A stretch of DNA of 63,577 nt, counting the filler, from Phoronis australis (lineage: Eukaryota > Animalia > Phoronida), in assembly GCA_002633005.1 (NCBI GenBank). It is 7 parts of 7 records of this genome, joined end to end, with 100 filler letters (N's around TTAATTAATTAA, not from the genome) between each part and the next. Parts side by side here need not be neighbours in the genome. Positions count along the whole stretch, not along the records: positions 1 to 13,099 come from NMRA01001449.1; 6 more parts are not named here. One strand, given 5' to 3'. Under the pieces are notes generated by a model. The model worked only from the letters and a program-made list of their open reading frames with translations, was not told the DNA's origin and made no database searches. The position numbers and the translations under genes are program-made. Shown here piece after piece: positions 1 through 13,199 of this stretch. Numbering within the stretch: position 1 is the first letter of the stretch; each line of letters begins with the position of its first letter.

Positions 1-41
1 TAGTGAATGCCTTGCGTACTTCGTTGGCCCACACACACTCG

Positions 42-132
42 CTAGGTGTCGCCACGGTCCATGACACAATAATAGCGGCGGCCTTGGTGAATAGTCTTGT
101 TAGCGTCTTTGATGATAGTGTTCGCGGGTGTT
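42..132 (-). CDS. Tentative terminal exon of the cold-shock/OB-fold-like gene
   Basis: AG at 134-133. Joining to the phase-2 donor at 405 gives GTPANTIIKDANKTIHQGRRYYCVMDRGDT-stop. The acceptor lacks a polypyrimidine tract, and another frame is open to the window edge. Confidence 0.25.
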
Positions 133-405
133 CTAATTTGATAGCTGATTGGTCGATCGGGTGGTTCGTTTTTTGTGGTTTTTTTGAAATTGGTAACATT
201 AAGAACTTTAAGTGCCAGTCACCATATGAAAATGCCCCAAGCATAATTGATTTTGACTTTTCACACCAAAACTGCCATTTTCATAATGAATGCAACAAGC
301 TCATGCATATGGAAAACTCGAGCAAGAATGTAAGGAGCACTGCTTTTGAAAATCATGTTTTCCTATTTTACATTAAAATTAGCAGTCCTACATATGGTAA
401 CATAC

Positions 406-582
406 CCAATCACCCGGACAATCTTGGCGACACGGTAACGATTACCATGCCGGTCTGGCAGACCACAAGCCAGGAATTCTATGATGGTGTCCTTAGGTGG
501 CAAAGACACCATGCCAAATAGCCTACAGGTGTCGCTGTGCAGAAAAACACTTTCAACGCTTTCTGGAAATGGCTCACAGGCT
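406..582 (-). CDS. Coding exon, divergent cold-shock/S1-type OB-fold-like protein (C-terminal half of the domain)
   Basis: Acceptor ttttttcag|, donor GG|gtatgt. In frame with the upstream exon (phase 2): ACEPFPESVESVFLHSDTCRLFGMVSLPPKDTIIEFLACGLPDRHGNRYRVAKIVRVIG. VFLH and the DxIEF-like motif resemble CSD RNP2 and the following strand. Confidence 0.55.
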
Positions 583-1638
583 CTGAAAAAACACCACCAA
601 AATGGGAATCTTAGTTAAAATGTACATGGTGCAAAAGAAACAAGGGCATAGCCTGCAGAAAAGCTCGACTGTGTAGAGATAATCATAGTGACCCCTTGCA
701 CATGGAAGTCTGCACACTCAGAACAGCTCCTGATGCACTAAGTCGCACATTACCATGAGGGTTCTTGAAAGAAAGAATTTGAAGGGAAAGCAAATGTTTT
801 TGGTCCTTTAAACGGAATTATAAATCACTGGTTATAGGACTAAAAAACAGGATGGTTCGGTTTGTGCTTTTTCGAGAATTAATGCGATGATCAAGCAGTA
901 TCAGCTGCACATTTCTCAGATAAGCAAAAATAGTGAAGTGTGTTTCAACTTACTTTTTCTTCACCTTCAGTGGTCAGGTGACAAGACTTGTGTTACCACA
1001 CATCTCCCTTATTTGTCAGTTAGTTCATAAAAAGGCGACTGTCGCCGACTTGGCATGCCACTTTGCTCAACTGCCGCAGAATAAACAGGTTTGGAAAAAA
1101 AGAATTCCAATAAAATGTGGTGCGGGAGGATGTTTTTCTTTAAAAAAACATGACCCATTTAAGTTTCAAAATAAGTTGAGCGCAGATCAGAACCAATAAC
1201 GTCATTTTCCTCAGTCTTATCTTAAGACATATTTCTATAAGAGCATTTAGTGGCTTGTTAACAAGGCATGGAACACCAACAAAATTATATAAACGACATA
1301 CAAATCTTGCTTTTGTGTGTCAACAGGAAGTGACGCCAACATCACTTTTCTCATGCTGCATACATAATTAACACAAGAAAATCCGACAGGGGTCTCATCA
1401 CACGACACATGACAATATAGGATGACAGATACTAGCGTGGTCCCAAAGTTACCCGCCATTCCACCCAACAAAGGTCTCAAGAGGAGACCAAAAGCTAGTG
1501 GTCTCTATATAAACTTCATGACTCCGAAAGGGAACTTCACATTACGCAGGCACTGAATTAACATTGAACCTAGTCGTTTAGCCTTGACATGAAAATAAAG
1601 ATCAAAGTACCAATCTAGAGTAAAACCTAAAGTCATAC

Positions 1639-1825
1639 CTTGCCAAAGGGTGGCTGCAAGAAGTCACAAAGCAGAAGTCTCTGGAAAAGCGTGCCACAAC
1701 GCCAATATGATGACTGACAGGGTGTGGAACATACTGGATGTCATCGGGGTCATACGGACGGACAGCGGGACGAGTAAAGAGAGCTGGAGCAACGGAAAAG
1801 TCTGGCATGGTTCTCACGTCTACAC
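1639..1825 (-). CDS. Coding exon with probable start ATG (1808), cold-shock/OB-fold-like protein
   Basis: Acceptor cattctctag|, donor AAG|gtatga, ATG in aaccATG context. Encodes MPDFSVAPALFTRPAVRPYDPDDIQYVPHPVSHHIGVVARFSRDFCFVTSCSHPLA. GVVARF..DFCFV resembles CSD beta1/RNP1 (GxVKxF..GFGFI). Confidence 0.55.
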
Positions 1826-2489
1826 CTAGAGAATGTTCACAAGTTGAATTGTGCAGGAATGGGAAAACAATGAGGCAGAAAAGATGTACAACAAAATCTC
1901 CCAATTTTGGGCACTTTAATAGGGGGACAAGTGAAAGGTTATGCTCTCAATTTTTCCTTAAAAAAATCAGCACCAAATTTATTACTTTATCATTATGTTA
2001 CGCACTGTATTTCGTCAGTAACAACGTTAGCTTAGAGCCTCTTGAAAAATGAAAATGGGCAATCATGGCCATAATCTCTCCCCAAAATGCATGAAATTTC
2101 ACCACAAACTGTCAGCTTCACACAAATCTGGTGTCTTCATGGCAGTACTAAATAAAGGAGAATTCTACTACCGGGTAGTGAAATGCATCTCAGAACAATG
2201 AAAATAGGAATCTATTACACAGAAACAATACAAGGATTCCTAACTCAACAAAGGACTGTTGTGTAATTAAACAAATCAGTGATCATATGGTCAAGACATG
2301 ATAACTAACAGAAGTCCAACATAATCCGCTGAGCCTGAATCTCTTATATTAACAAAACGCACAAGCCTCCTCAGACACTCAGCATTCTTTTCTCCAAGAC
2401 AACATAACGCGAAGTTGTCGTGAGGACTCGATTGGGACCTCAGGGGTCTCACGCTCCACCGGCTAAATTGAAAAGGCNATCAGCAGGAG

Positions 2490-3175
2490 GATGGGAGTTG
2501 AAGATCCTAGATGTGTGAACATTCCTTGATGTGAAGAAGATCGAAATGCTGACAACCGAGGGCAGACATCGTTGCATGAACAGGTGGTTTGTAGACAGTA
2601 GAAGGTCATCCTCGATGAGTGGACACCTATCGACATGTGGATGGCTAACATGTGTACAGAAGATGGCTATCCTCAATACATGGACATTTCTCGATATGTG
2701 GATGGTCGACACAGAGACAGTAGAGGGCAATCCTCGAATGTATGGAAGTTCCACAATGTGTGGGTAGCCGATATGCGAACAGTCAATGGCAATCCTGGGT
2801 ATGTGGATGTTCCTCTATGTGTGGATGGTTGACACGCAAGCGGCAGATGACAATCCTTAATGTGGGAATGCTACTCAGTGAGTGGATAATCGATATGCGA
2901 ACGGCTGATGGCAGACATTGATGCGTGAACAATCAGTTTGTGAACAGAAGATGCCAATCCTCGATGTTTGGATGCTCCTTTGATACGTGAATGTTCGATA
3001 TGCAGACAGTAGATGGTGATCTTCAATGTGTGGACATTCCTCGGGAAGTGGATGGCTGATATGCGAACAGTCGATCCAAGGCATCAACGCACGGACAGTC
3101 GATATTCAGAGATTAGACAGCAATCTTCGATGTATGGACATTCGCTGGTACATGGACAGCTGACATGCGGACGGC
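2490..3175. repeat. Degenerate ~61-bp tandem repeat array, about 11 units
   Basis: The atcct anchor recurs at 2608, 2669, 2730, 2792 and 2853; the units are strongly diverged. Confidence 0.8.
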
Positions 3176-5740
3176 ACAGTACACACCACAGTGATCAACC
3201 AGAACGACCTGGAATTCCCCGACGTGATGACAGAAATAGCGGTTATGACCATGAATTCTCTGTTCATCTGCCAAACTATTTCTGGTGTTTGTTGTGAACT
3301 GCAAAATGAATTTACATGACAATACGAGTTACCGAAAGGTGAACAAAATGCGTTTCGTTTTGGTTAGGATTACTCCCAAGGTTTGGGAACTAATTTTTTT
3401 GGCAAACTGACACATTTAGGAAAGTCTCAAGGAAATTTTACAATTAAATGTGGGCATTAGGTAAAGTGTGAGCATTTAAATGCGAAGATTTGTAAATTTG
3501 GGCGGTTGGCATTCGACCGAACTTGCCTACGAACCCATCTGAGTATGAAGCACTGTAGACATAAAAGAACTCATCTCCCAAAACTTCAGTCCATCTGAAC
3601 AATGCAGGAATGTGCCACTCCTTGATGTAATTGACATGCGACTAGTCGATGACGGCAAGCGTATATGCAACGACGTTCATCAATGCATGCATTAGATTGG
3701 CTGGTGGTTGATGCCAGGCGGCCATGGTCAGAAAGATCCAAACCTAAGTAAAAACAAGAATGACCAATTAACTACAAGTCCACAACTACCTTACTCATCA
3801 TTGATTAGTTTTGAAACAAACAAAAATAATGGCGGACTGTGAACGACTGTGCCCGGCTTTCTTTATCATGAAAATCGTATTTTTCTGGCCAGCAGCATCG
3901 GAGCCCTAGCGTTGAGGCTGGGCTGTGAAATTCTCACTTTCGCTAACTAGCGGTGGCCCGGGGGTTGTCATTGGGGTGATGCAAGATTCAGAGAAATTCA
4001 AGTAGGCTCAATGATTATTAAACATTTGAGTGTGCAGCAGTTTGTGCTCTTTGCGTAGCCATGCGCTTAGCCATGAACTTAACAACTGAATTACCGGTAT
4101 ATGTCATGGAGCACAGGCTGAAAGTGTTCAAAATTATAGGCAGAGGGAACAATGAAAACAAGAATTGGTTCCAAAAACGGCATTTGGAGATGTTAATGGT
4201 TGCTGATCATGTTTCAGTGAAAGTAAATGATATACACGGCATATATACGATTATAGAGATTTTACCACCGGAAAGCATCCCAGTCATCTGATTTCAAATG
4301 GCAGACAACGATTAACAGACTATAACTAAAAATGATAACTTATGGTCGTGAGATGATGTATTTAAACATTTTTGTCCGTTCACGATTTTGCCATGTGTGA
4401 CCTTTTTCGCAGAATTCAAAATCATAATAGAAATCTGTTATCTGTGACTTGAATTAATTCTAGTTTTTATAGTTTCCTCTACAAAAAGCTTGAACATGAC
4501 GTCATTTTGTGCATTTTGCTTAATGTTTCATATATTTTGGATTTTTGAGAGCACTAAATTCTTATTTTAGCACGAACGGGGTTCAACAATCGTCACGTGT
4601 TGTTTACACTTGGGTCATTATGAGACTCTTTAAAGCTGGATCTAGGATCCTGAATCTCTCCAGCGATAACAAAGGCAATTAGTATTCTAGACATGATTTT
4701 CAATAAATTTCCACGATGATTTCCGATTGCTAGAGATTGGCAGTACATTTCAGATAAGTAAAATACGCCAAATTTCACAAAAGGTTCTTTATAAAGGCAA
4801 CATAACCTGTTAAGGTTAATCAACAGAGTAATAACACTATGCTTAAATAGAATGAAAGTACATGAGGATATTTTTGCAGATTCTTCGACGGCAGTTGGTT
4901 AATCTAAGACACTTACTGAAAGAAACTGAAATAAAAATAATGTAACCTACTACCGTAAATAATTTGAAAGAGAGTCTATCTTTTCAACTACACAGCTATA
5001 ACTAACAACGTTGCTTCTTAATACTAACTCCAACTTTTAGCTGTCAATGTTGAATTGCGAAGCGTTCGGGGTTTAAAAACATTAACAAGCTCATCCCATT
5101 TTGACATTACGGCGTTTTCCCTTTGCTCCCAACTTGTTCGATTCTATAGCCCAACGCATGAACAAAATCGCCCAACTGCGACCGAAGTTACGACAATCTA
5201 TTCTATCCGAATACACCAATTCACTCTGAGATTGACTGTGTTCACACGTGGTCTGTAATAAGCCTGGCAGATAAGTGGCCTGCTTGTTGTCGCAACAGAC
5301 AAAGGATTGTGTTTGGTAGTTAACAAAGAAGCCAGATGTTATCACACGGCGCTCAGAACCCCCTACGTCTGGTAAAGTCACTGAACGGGAAAACGCTGTC
5401 ATGAAGTGTTGCCGAACAAGTTAATAATGGTACGAAAAGCCGCAATTAAAGATAGGCAAACTTATTACAAAGAGCCCTCATGCTACCACACATTTCAAAA
5501 CTCTCACTTAATTTAACTCGTTGCTCATCTTTTTCAATCCATGTCCAACTTTTTTTCAGTGCTCATCCAAATGGACAGTTGTTGAGAGTCACACCCCAAA
5601 CGCCCCTTTCCAAGAAGGTGCGACCTGACCAGCTTAAGGCCAGCAAAGGCGTTGCGATTTTTGTAGTGTTTGCCTGATAGCAGTTTTCAAAAAAAAAATT
5701 GACGTCGACTTAACACATGTCATAAAAGCAGAGTACTTAC

Positions 5741-5965
5741 TTGGTGATGGATCCACAGGAGATGATATGGTCTCTTTGAAAGGCAGATTCTCACTTGTTC
5801 TGGTACTCCACACAATGTATAATAATTCTCGTTCTAGTAGTAATAACGTTTCGTATGTAGTAGTAATCGCACGTCTCTCTTGTCTCAATAGCGGTAGTTC
5901 TCTTGTTCGAATAACGACATTCAGGTGAATATCATTGGCGGGAAATTCAATAGTCACGTGACAAG
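5741..5965 (-). promoter_or_regulatory. Candidate promoter and non-coding first exon of the minus-strand gene
   Basis: Strong minus-strand donor CAA|gtaagt at 5740, CCAAT box near 5934 and palindromic GTCACGTGAC E-box near 5954-5963. No long ATG-initiated frame in the exon. Linkage to the 1825 acceptor is inferred and crosses an n at 2478. Confidence 0.35.
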
Positions 5966-8900
5966 AGACTTGGCGCACTCATCCCCCTATGTTCTATTAG
6001 ATGCAATCAATGGACAGTGCTGACAAACACAGTTAGGCCACTCCCACCATATAGTTACATGTTGTGAAGTCCCGCTGAGCGCAAACCAAATATGGACTTA
6101 GGTTCGCAGCATGCGTACCACACGAACAGGTTCTTTTCGGTGAAGTTCGATGGAGCTAAACCATTACAAAAGGCCTCAGGAAGAAGGGGGGGGGGGTCAT
6201 TCAGTGATGACTTATGAATTCACGTTGAGCTTCATTTACCTGTCAGATCACTTCTGTGTGCCTCGGTCATATACATAGCACAAGTATAGCTGTATAGGGA
6301 GGGGTGGGGGCTGGGGAAGTAGCAGAAAGGGGTTAAAGGTTGGGCACGGAAAGACAATGGGGGGCAAAGAAGTTCATTCAAATCGTGAAGTGTTACAGAT
6401 GTGAGACTTCTGAAATAAGTGTTTCATAACCAGTCACCGTCCTTGATAAATTTGCCCTACGCTTTAACTGTGAGTTTTCTTAGCATTATTGACTGCCAAT
6501 CCACGAAGTCGACTCTTGGGTCACCGAGTCAGATCTTGAAAAAATGTGCGTTACTCTGACCAGTATTTTTTACTTTGGAGCATCATCAATATTTTCTTGG
6601 CCGAAAATATCCCATCTTTGATTCAAATATGTTCAGTAAGCAAAATGGTTTTAAAACGGTTGAAATGAAACTAGAGAAAATGTTTTAGAAACTAAGCCTC
6701 TCTATCAGTTGACAGTCTGTGCAGTTTCCGTTAACCTTAACTGGAGCGACAAAATGCGTTAAATTAAGCCTATTTTTGTGTTAAGCCATTTTTGAGGTGC
6801 TTCGGAGTCCAGTTTGCGAGATGCTGATGATTTCAGACAATATTTCCTTATAAGTTTTCTGTGTGACTAAGGAAATAAAAAATTAAAAATTGGGGCTTTT
6901 TATTATTTTCAAGCAACAGGCAATGGAAAGGACATACCAACTGGTATTTTACAACCCTTGAATGCGGACAGTCGGCATTTGTAACTCGTGAACCCATCGA
7001 GGGTCTTCATTAATTTTTACAAATATATTTCTATGGTTATGACAATGGTCGACGTCACACGAATTTTTATGATTTGATGACTGCTGTCCCCCATGGCTGC
7101 GCTTTCTATAATTTAACTTCTTTTATGAAATTTCATAAATTTGGTCAAATAGTTTCTATCCAGGAAACAGAGGAGCATGAGTATTTCCGAATGATTCTAA
7201 CCTGTGCTGTCCCACCTTGTATTTATTTTGGTGATTTTAAGCACTGTAATCTCATTTAGATAGTCCACAATTTATGAAATTTCATTAAAAGTCTGATGAA
7301 TTATTCACATCAGCCTTAAAATTTTTGGGCGTTAACCGATTTCATACAACAGCGAGTCGATTTCCTTGAGCGCAGGCGCACATATACATTACATGTACTA
7401 GGGGAAGAATTTGAAGATTGTATTGGAAGAAAAAAAAATTATAAATAGTCTGTGCTTCAAAAATGGTGAATCTAACGACTTTCTATGGAAATTCTTGCAA
7501 TATTCGAAGGGAATAACTCTTACGTTAGCATCCTCAAAAAGTAGATTCTCTACGATCTAGTTTCCACGTTACCGGCTTTTTTAAATTCAATTTGGTCATT
7601 TTTAAACTGCAAAAATGTCTAGGCCCTTGGTATAATTCAACTTTGCAGTGTTCAATATACAAATGGTGTCTATATTCGTTGAAAATTTTTGTCTTTGACT
7701 CTTCATTACTACATAAATGTCAGTCAATACGGGAATTACATATTTGCGTAATAATGCGTTTCTGTAATGCTACGGCGTAGTGCCAAGGCTATGTGCTTTC
7801 GGTAATTAATACGCTTTTTGCCGATGTTCAAAGTTTTGAAACCTTTGCTTTGGTTTTTACTACACACGTAAATGAATATTTACGGCTTTTCCGGGCAATC
7901 TCATTTGTCGAAATAATCTCATTTCACTAGCCTTGCTCGACAGGGCCAAATGACTTCAGTATAACGACACTCACAGTTATAGATGTAAGAGCCTCAAATA
8001 GGTAACTTGGTACATGCAATGCATTTTGCCACTTGACAATATTTTGACTGTTTTCTTCATGGTTTGCTACGGTTAGAACAAAAATGGTTGACACCTGTGT
8101 ATACTATACCCTAGGCTATGCTTAAACAGAGAGACAGTCACATTAGATTTACTACACGATTCAGTTGTCAGGAAACCTTTGATTTTTTATTTCACTCCTT
8201 TCACATGTTGTTATTTAGTCTCAGGACTCATGTGTACCTTGAACAATCACCTGTTTCCGTGCTAAGTATTTCCTGATGGGACTTGAGCTCACGCTATTCG
8301 CGCACCTATTTGGCCGTATGTCCAACGAGATTGAGAGAGGCTTGTGCTTTCCGACACAACGCCAAAAACTGAGGCACATTTTCTGAAGGTCCAAGTACAA
8401 GTTTGCCCTCTGTAAAAGTGTGGAAGAAAGAAAATGAAGATCCAACTGCGCAATTTCCCTATTTAGCAAAAATATTGTATTTTCTGGGAATACTGAACAT
8501 GCAAGCATTCGGAATGCCTGTATTGGACTTTAAGACCATAGCATTTCTTTGGATATCTGAGAGTCGATATTTTTCTAATGTTTTCTGTAAATTAGACATG
8601 ATCTGTACCTTCGAAGAGACCTGTAGAAAAAAATACTGAGAAATTTAAAAAGTCACCCTTCCGCAGAGAAATTCCATAACATAACGCGAAGTTGTCGTGA
8701 GGACTCGATTGGGACCTCAGGGGTCTCACGCTCCACCGGCTAAATTGAAAAGGCTTTGTCCAGTCACGCGTTGTGGGTCATAAATCGAGATAATGATACC
8801 AACAGCTGACGCGACAAGCAGAACTACTTTCTTTTACTTCATTTGTGCACTAACTGGAGAAATTTTGAATTAGACTTTTAAACACTATCGATCGTTAACT

Positions 8901-10356
8901 TTTTTCGGGAGACTTAAATCTCAATGTAGTTTGCGCAAAGACGATGTGCAATTTTTGGAGGTGTATTGACTATGATCAACGTTAAAACGGAGAGTAAATA
9001 AGTGCGTAATTGATCATCCAATCGGTAGTTTTGGGAGAAAGCGACGACCTTGCCGAAATTGAATAACGGAAACCCTTGAAAATCATTGTAAGCGAGAAAG
9101 AGAAAACAAATNCGCGCTCATAATCAGATTCCTATAACTAGTGTTATGGCCAAAAACCGAGTTAGGAAACATCTAGACTAAAATCTTGAAGGCATCTTAT
9201 TTTGCCAGCGACCATACACGGTATAAAAATGAATGAAAAGCTGAATTAGGGAAAACTTGACTTGCTGGAATTCTCGTCAAGGAACGCATAAATATCACCA
9301 TCATCTTCATGTCAAAATTACCAACTAAAACTCGAGGGGGAGGGCAAAAACCTTACATCCTGGTACGCGTTTTCGTTAACGAACTTCAAAAAATAGAGCA
9401 TGGTGGAGTGTTTGAAAGAGCCAAAATCCATCCAAGTCGAAGTTGCCATAACGGAGCGATATGGAGATTTAAAATGACGTGATTTATCCATTTTTTCAGT
9501 TGCTGTGTACCTAAATTAACTGGCACAGAAAAAAATGACTTAGGCCTACAGTACGATTTTCTGAAACGTACCTCAGCGAAATCGTTAAAGAAAAAAGCGC
9601 CACTTGCCACCTAAAACGGACAAAAGCAACCAAAGCGCGCAACGCGTTGCTTACCTGAAAAAGTAACTGTTTCACTTGTTGTTTGTGGTTAAACATGTGA
9701 TGTGTACCCATATTTTTGGTCGTGGCACACTACAACGGGCTACTTCAAATGACACGTATATATTGTCGATGTCAAAATTTAACTGCCCCACCGGTTCCCA
9801 GGGTTTCATGTTTTGTAATTTAAAATGATTGCATAAACTTAGGAATAAATGCGAGTTACTGGCACTGCGTTCACAAAGAGTAAGAAAACAAAAACCCAGC
9901 GGCATACGATCACCTCGCTTTAACAATGCATTGTGCGCATTCCACATAACTAGTAGGCCACTCTTCAGATTAGTGCTTGGGCAATGAAAATAAGTGTAAG
10001 ATTTCGGAATAGTGTAATATATATTGTACATGAGAATTTCAAACGTTAACATGACTAGTTGTTCATACTATGGGAAAAGCAATAAGGGACACAGGCACTA
10101 GCGATGATAAACTCTTCAGTATAAATATTACATTTCACAGGATGAGCAAAACATGCACTAAGCACTGTTGAGATAACCTACCGAAATCTTTTTAACTAAC
10201 AATTATAAACTCTGCAATATAAACAATACACTTTATACAATGAACATGTAACAAATATACACACCCAAATAGTGTTACATGCAATCCCTGATGAGATCAT
10301 CCATAAGTATGAGTCCCTCCATGTAAACAATAACTCACATGGTGAGCAAAATATTT

Positions 10357-11193
10357 AAAGTGGGACTTAACTACAACATAGAAACCTTCAAAATTTGTGT
10401 CATAGCAGTACAAGGTTCTACTACTTGACAAAACACTCTAAGTGATATAACTGCTGAGATCACTACCTTCACGAGGAAAAGTTATCAATATAATAATATG
10501 AAACATGGGTTTGAACAAAGTACCGGTAGGTGCACAATACTGCTATCCCTGGTGGAACCAGTCACTGAAAACCGCAATAAATTGCACACCTCACAACATG
10601 ACAATAATATGTATACAAGAATTTGCTTTTCAAGATAACCATGTGGAAATGACAGGGTCATTGCAGAACTTGGTAAAAAATCTGCATTTCAGCCTAAAAA
10701 ACAAACATTTTCAAAACCACACCAGGAGTCACTGAATAAAAATACTAAAAAAGACAGTATGTAATTCATTTCTTGGGATGCANAAGTGGGACTTAACTAC
10801 AACATAGGAACCTTCAAAATTTGTGTCATAGCAGTACAAGGTTCTACTACTTGACAAAAAACCATAAGTGATATAACTGCTGAGATTACTACCTTCACGA
10901 GGAAAGTTATCAATATAATAATATGAAACATGGGTTTGAGCAAAGTACCGGTAGGTGCACAAGCTGCTATCCCTGGTGGAACCAGTCACTGAAAACCGCA
11001 ATAAATTGCACACCTCACAAGATGACAATTAATATGTATACAAGAATTTGCTTTTCAAGATAACCATGTGGAAATGACAGGGTCATTGCAGAACTGCATT
11101 TCAGCCTAAAAAACAACCATTTTCAAAACCACACCAGGAGTCACTGAATAAAAATACTAAAAAAGACAGTATGTAATTCACTCCATGGGATGC
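10357..11193. repeat. ~420-bp direct duplication across a single n (probable haplotype/assembly overlap)
   Basis: 10357-10781 is nearly identical to 10783-11193 apart from small indels, and the copies meet exactly at the n at 10782. Confidence 0.85.
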
Positions 11194-13099
11194 AAACAAT
11201 AACTATCCTAAACTGAAAAGATCAGTCATTCAAGGCTTGAAGAATATTCAAAATAGATACACTGGTTAAGCAATAAACTAGAAACAACAATAACGGACAC
11301 ATGTCGCAATAAATGCATCCCTAGTTTTATGGGAGTAAAACTAGCATTTCAAGCTCAACAATGCCCATATAACACAAGCAGCTTACACATTTCCAAAACC
11401 ACACAGGCAATACTGGTGTGGTACATGAATGAGGTGCACACACTATGCATTCATACACATGTGAGTAGGACATTCTCACTGACCACAATGGTCAACAAAG
11501 GTGCATGCAGAATACTACCCTGCTGGCATCTCAAAGCATTTGATAAACATAGAACATTGGAAATGAGTGGAGGGCACACTAATAAATGCTCTGGTGGGGC
11601 CCTTAAATCCAGTAAGGTCATAAGCTGTTCAGCAGAAAAAAAAACAGCTTTTCAAACAAATTTCCAAACACAGTACAACACTTTCAAACACGATTAAGTG
11701 CCAAAAATACCGGAATTGATACCTGGGCCCTGTCATTGATCTTTTTACAGGAATTGGAACTCGAAATTACATTTGGAATTTTGTACTCTACTTTTGTGCG
11801 AACTTAAGACAGGTGGCTATTATCCTATGCTCCTATAAGTGTTAGTTTACAGTGTATAAACCCAAGAAGAATCCAGTACAATAAACTGGTATGTTATGAA
11901 ATCCATTCTAGTTACTTCACGAAAAATAAGCGGAGCTTGGAATGAGCAATAACAAAAACAGCGGAGAAATTTCCAGCTGATGTATGATACACAAAAAATA
12001 GGCTTGGGTGATAGACATTTTTGGATGTAAAATTTGCCTGAACTAAACATTTAATAAAGTCGAAAAAATCATAAAAAGAGGAAACTGGAATTCCAATCAG
12101 AGAAAATCGACACCAAAAAAAGAATTCCTCTTAAAAGACGGAAATCCCAAGCCCTGATCAAGTCTGTATTCTCCAGGCTTCAACGTGTACATAAATGCAA
12201 CTGTCAAGCGGTATACCTTCTTGAAATTGTCATGGCGAGCTCTCTGAAATGTAAACAGTCACAGTTTTGGTGGTGTGATTTTAAAACTTCTGGTGCTGAT
12301 GACCTTGTGCACGTGCAGTAGTGTACCACAACTTACACTCATGTAGTCAGGTCACATCACTGTTTGGAAGGGCAACATTTTTTAGAGGGATTGTTGAGTG
12401 TTGCTCAATGTTCAGGACTCAGGAGTTTTGGGAAGCAGTTGAACGAATTAGAAACCAACGATGAAAACATTCATGAAAAGAAACCGAACCCCATAAAACT
12501 CTTTAATGAGTGGTTCGAAAGAGAGGAGATAAAAGTACATGTGCACTGTCAAGCAAGAGCTGCATGATAGTAAGAAAAGGTTCAACAAGTGAAAAACAGT
12601 TTACTCATTGGTAAATATTAAACTAAACAATCAGGGTGTAGACTGAACTGGATTATTTTGTAAACAAAAGTCAAGAGTGAACAATAGTGCCAGGTGTGTA
12701 GGACTAAGGGTTAGGCTAGTACTGGTATGCAGAATACAATGGCTTATCAATGTATTATGTCATCAAATTCAGTCAACAGAGAGTGCACAATAGCAAGGGG
12801 GTTGGGGGGATCTACAGAAAACAAGGAAATGAAACATAACAAATGTAAAGAAATGAGAACAAGGTAACAAAGACACAGCTGAAGATTGCTGTCTCCACCT
12901 CTTATTAATAAAACTTAAATGGTAATTTAAAACAATGGCTTGACATTATTTCATTTGCGAACACCATTCCAAAAATTCTGGATCTGCCACTGGCATTGAA
13001 AATTCCGGAATACCAATTCAATCCGACAACATCGGACTTGTTACAGTAAATCTACTTTACAAAGAACAAATACAACATTGAAGGCACCATGGTATATTC

Positions 13100-13199
13100 N
13101 NNNNNNNNNNNNNNNNNNNNNNNNNNNNNNNNNNNNNNNNNNNTTAATTAATTAANNNNNNNNNNNNNNNNNNNNNNNNNNNNNNNNNNNNNNNNNNNN
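13100..13199. other. Artificial contig linker (N44-TTAATTAATTAA-N44); also at about 18541, 26851, 36954, 55618 and 62049
   Basis: An identical 12-mer with stops in all six frames is centred in ~100-bp N runs, six times. Confidence 0.95.

Noticed and set aside
3-521. 172-aa plus-strand ORF
   Set aside because: No recognisable motif, GTG start, and it is antisense to better-supported minus-strand exons.
479-582. An alternative frame of the exon reads PVSHFQKALKVFFCTATPVGYLAWCLCHLR, with COX8-like spacing (SxxEK...AWxLxHL)
   Set aside because: It needs a phase-1 upstream exon. The matching frame of exon 1639-1825 has a stop, and the other option needs a weak GC donor with no start codon. The OB-fold frame uses canonical sites and stays open.
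13144-13155. TTAATTAATTAA palindrome recurring six times in the window
   Set aside because: Always centred in ~100-bp N runs, so it is an artificial six-frame-stop linker and not biological.
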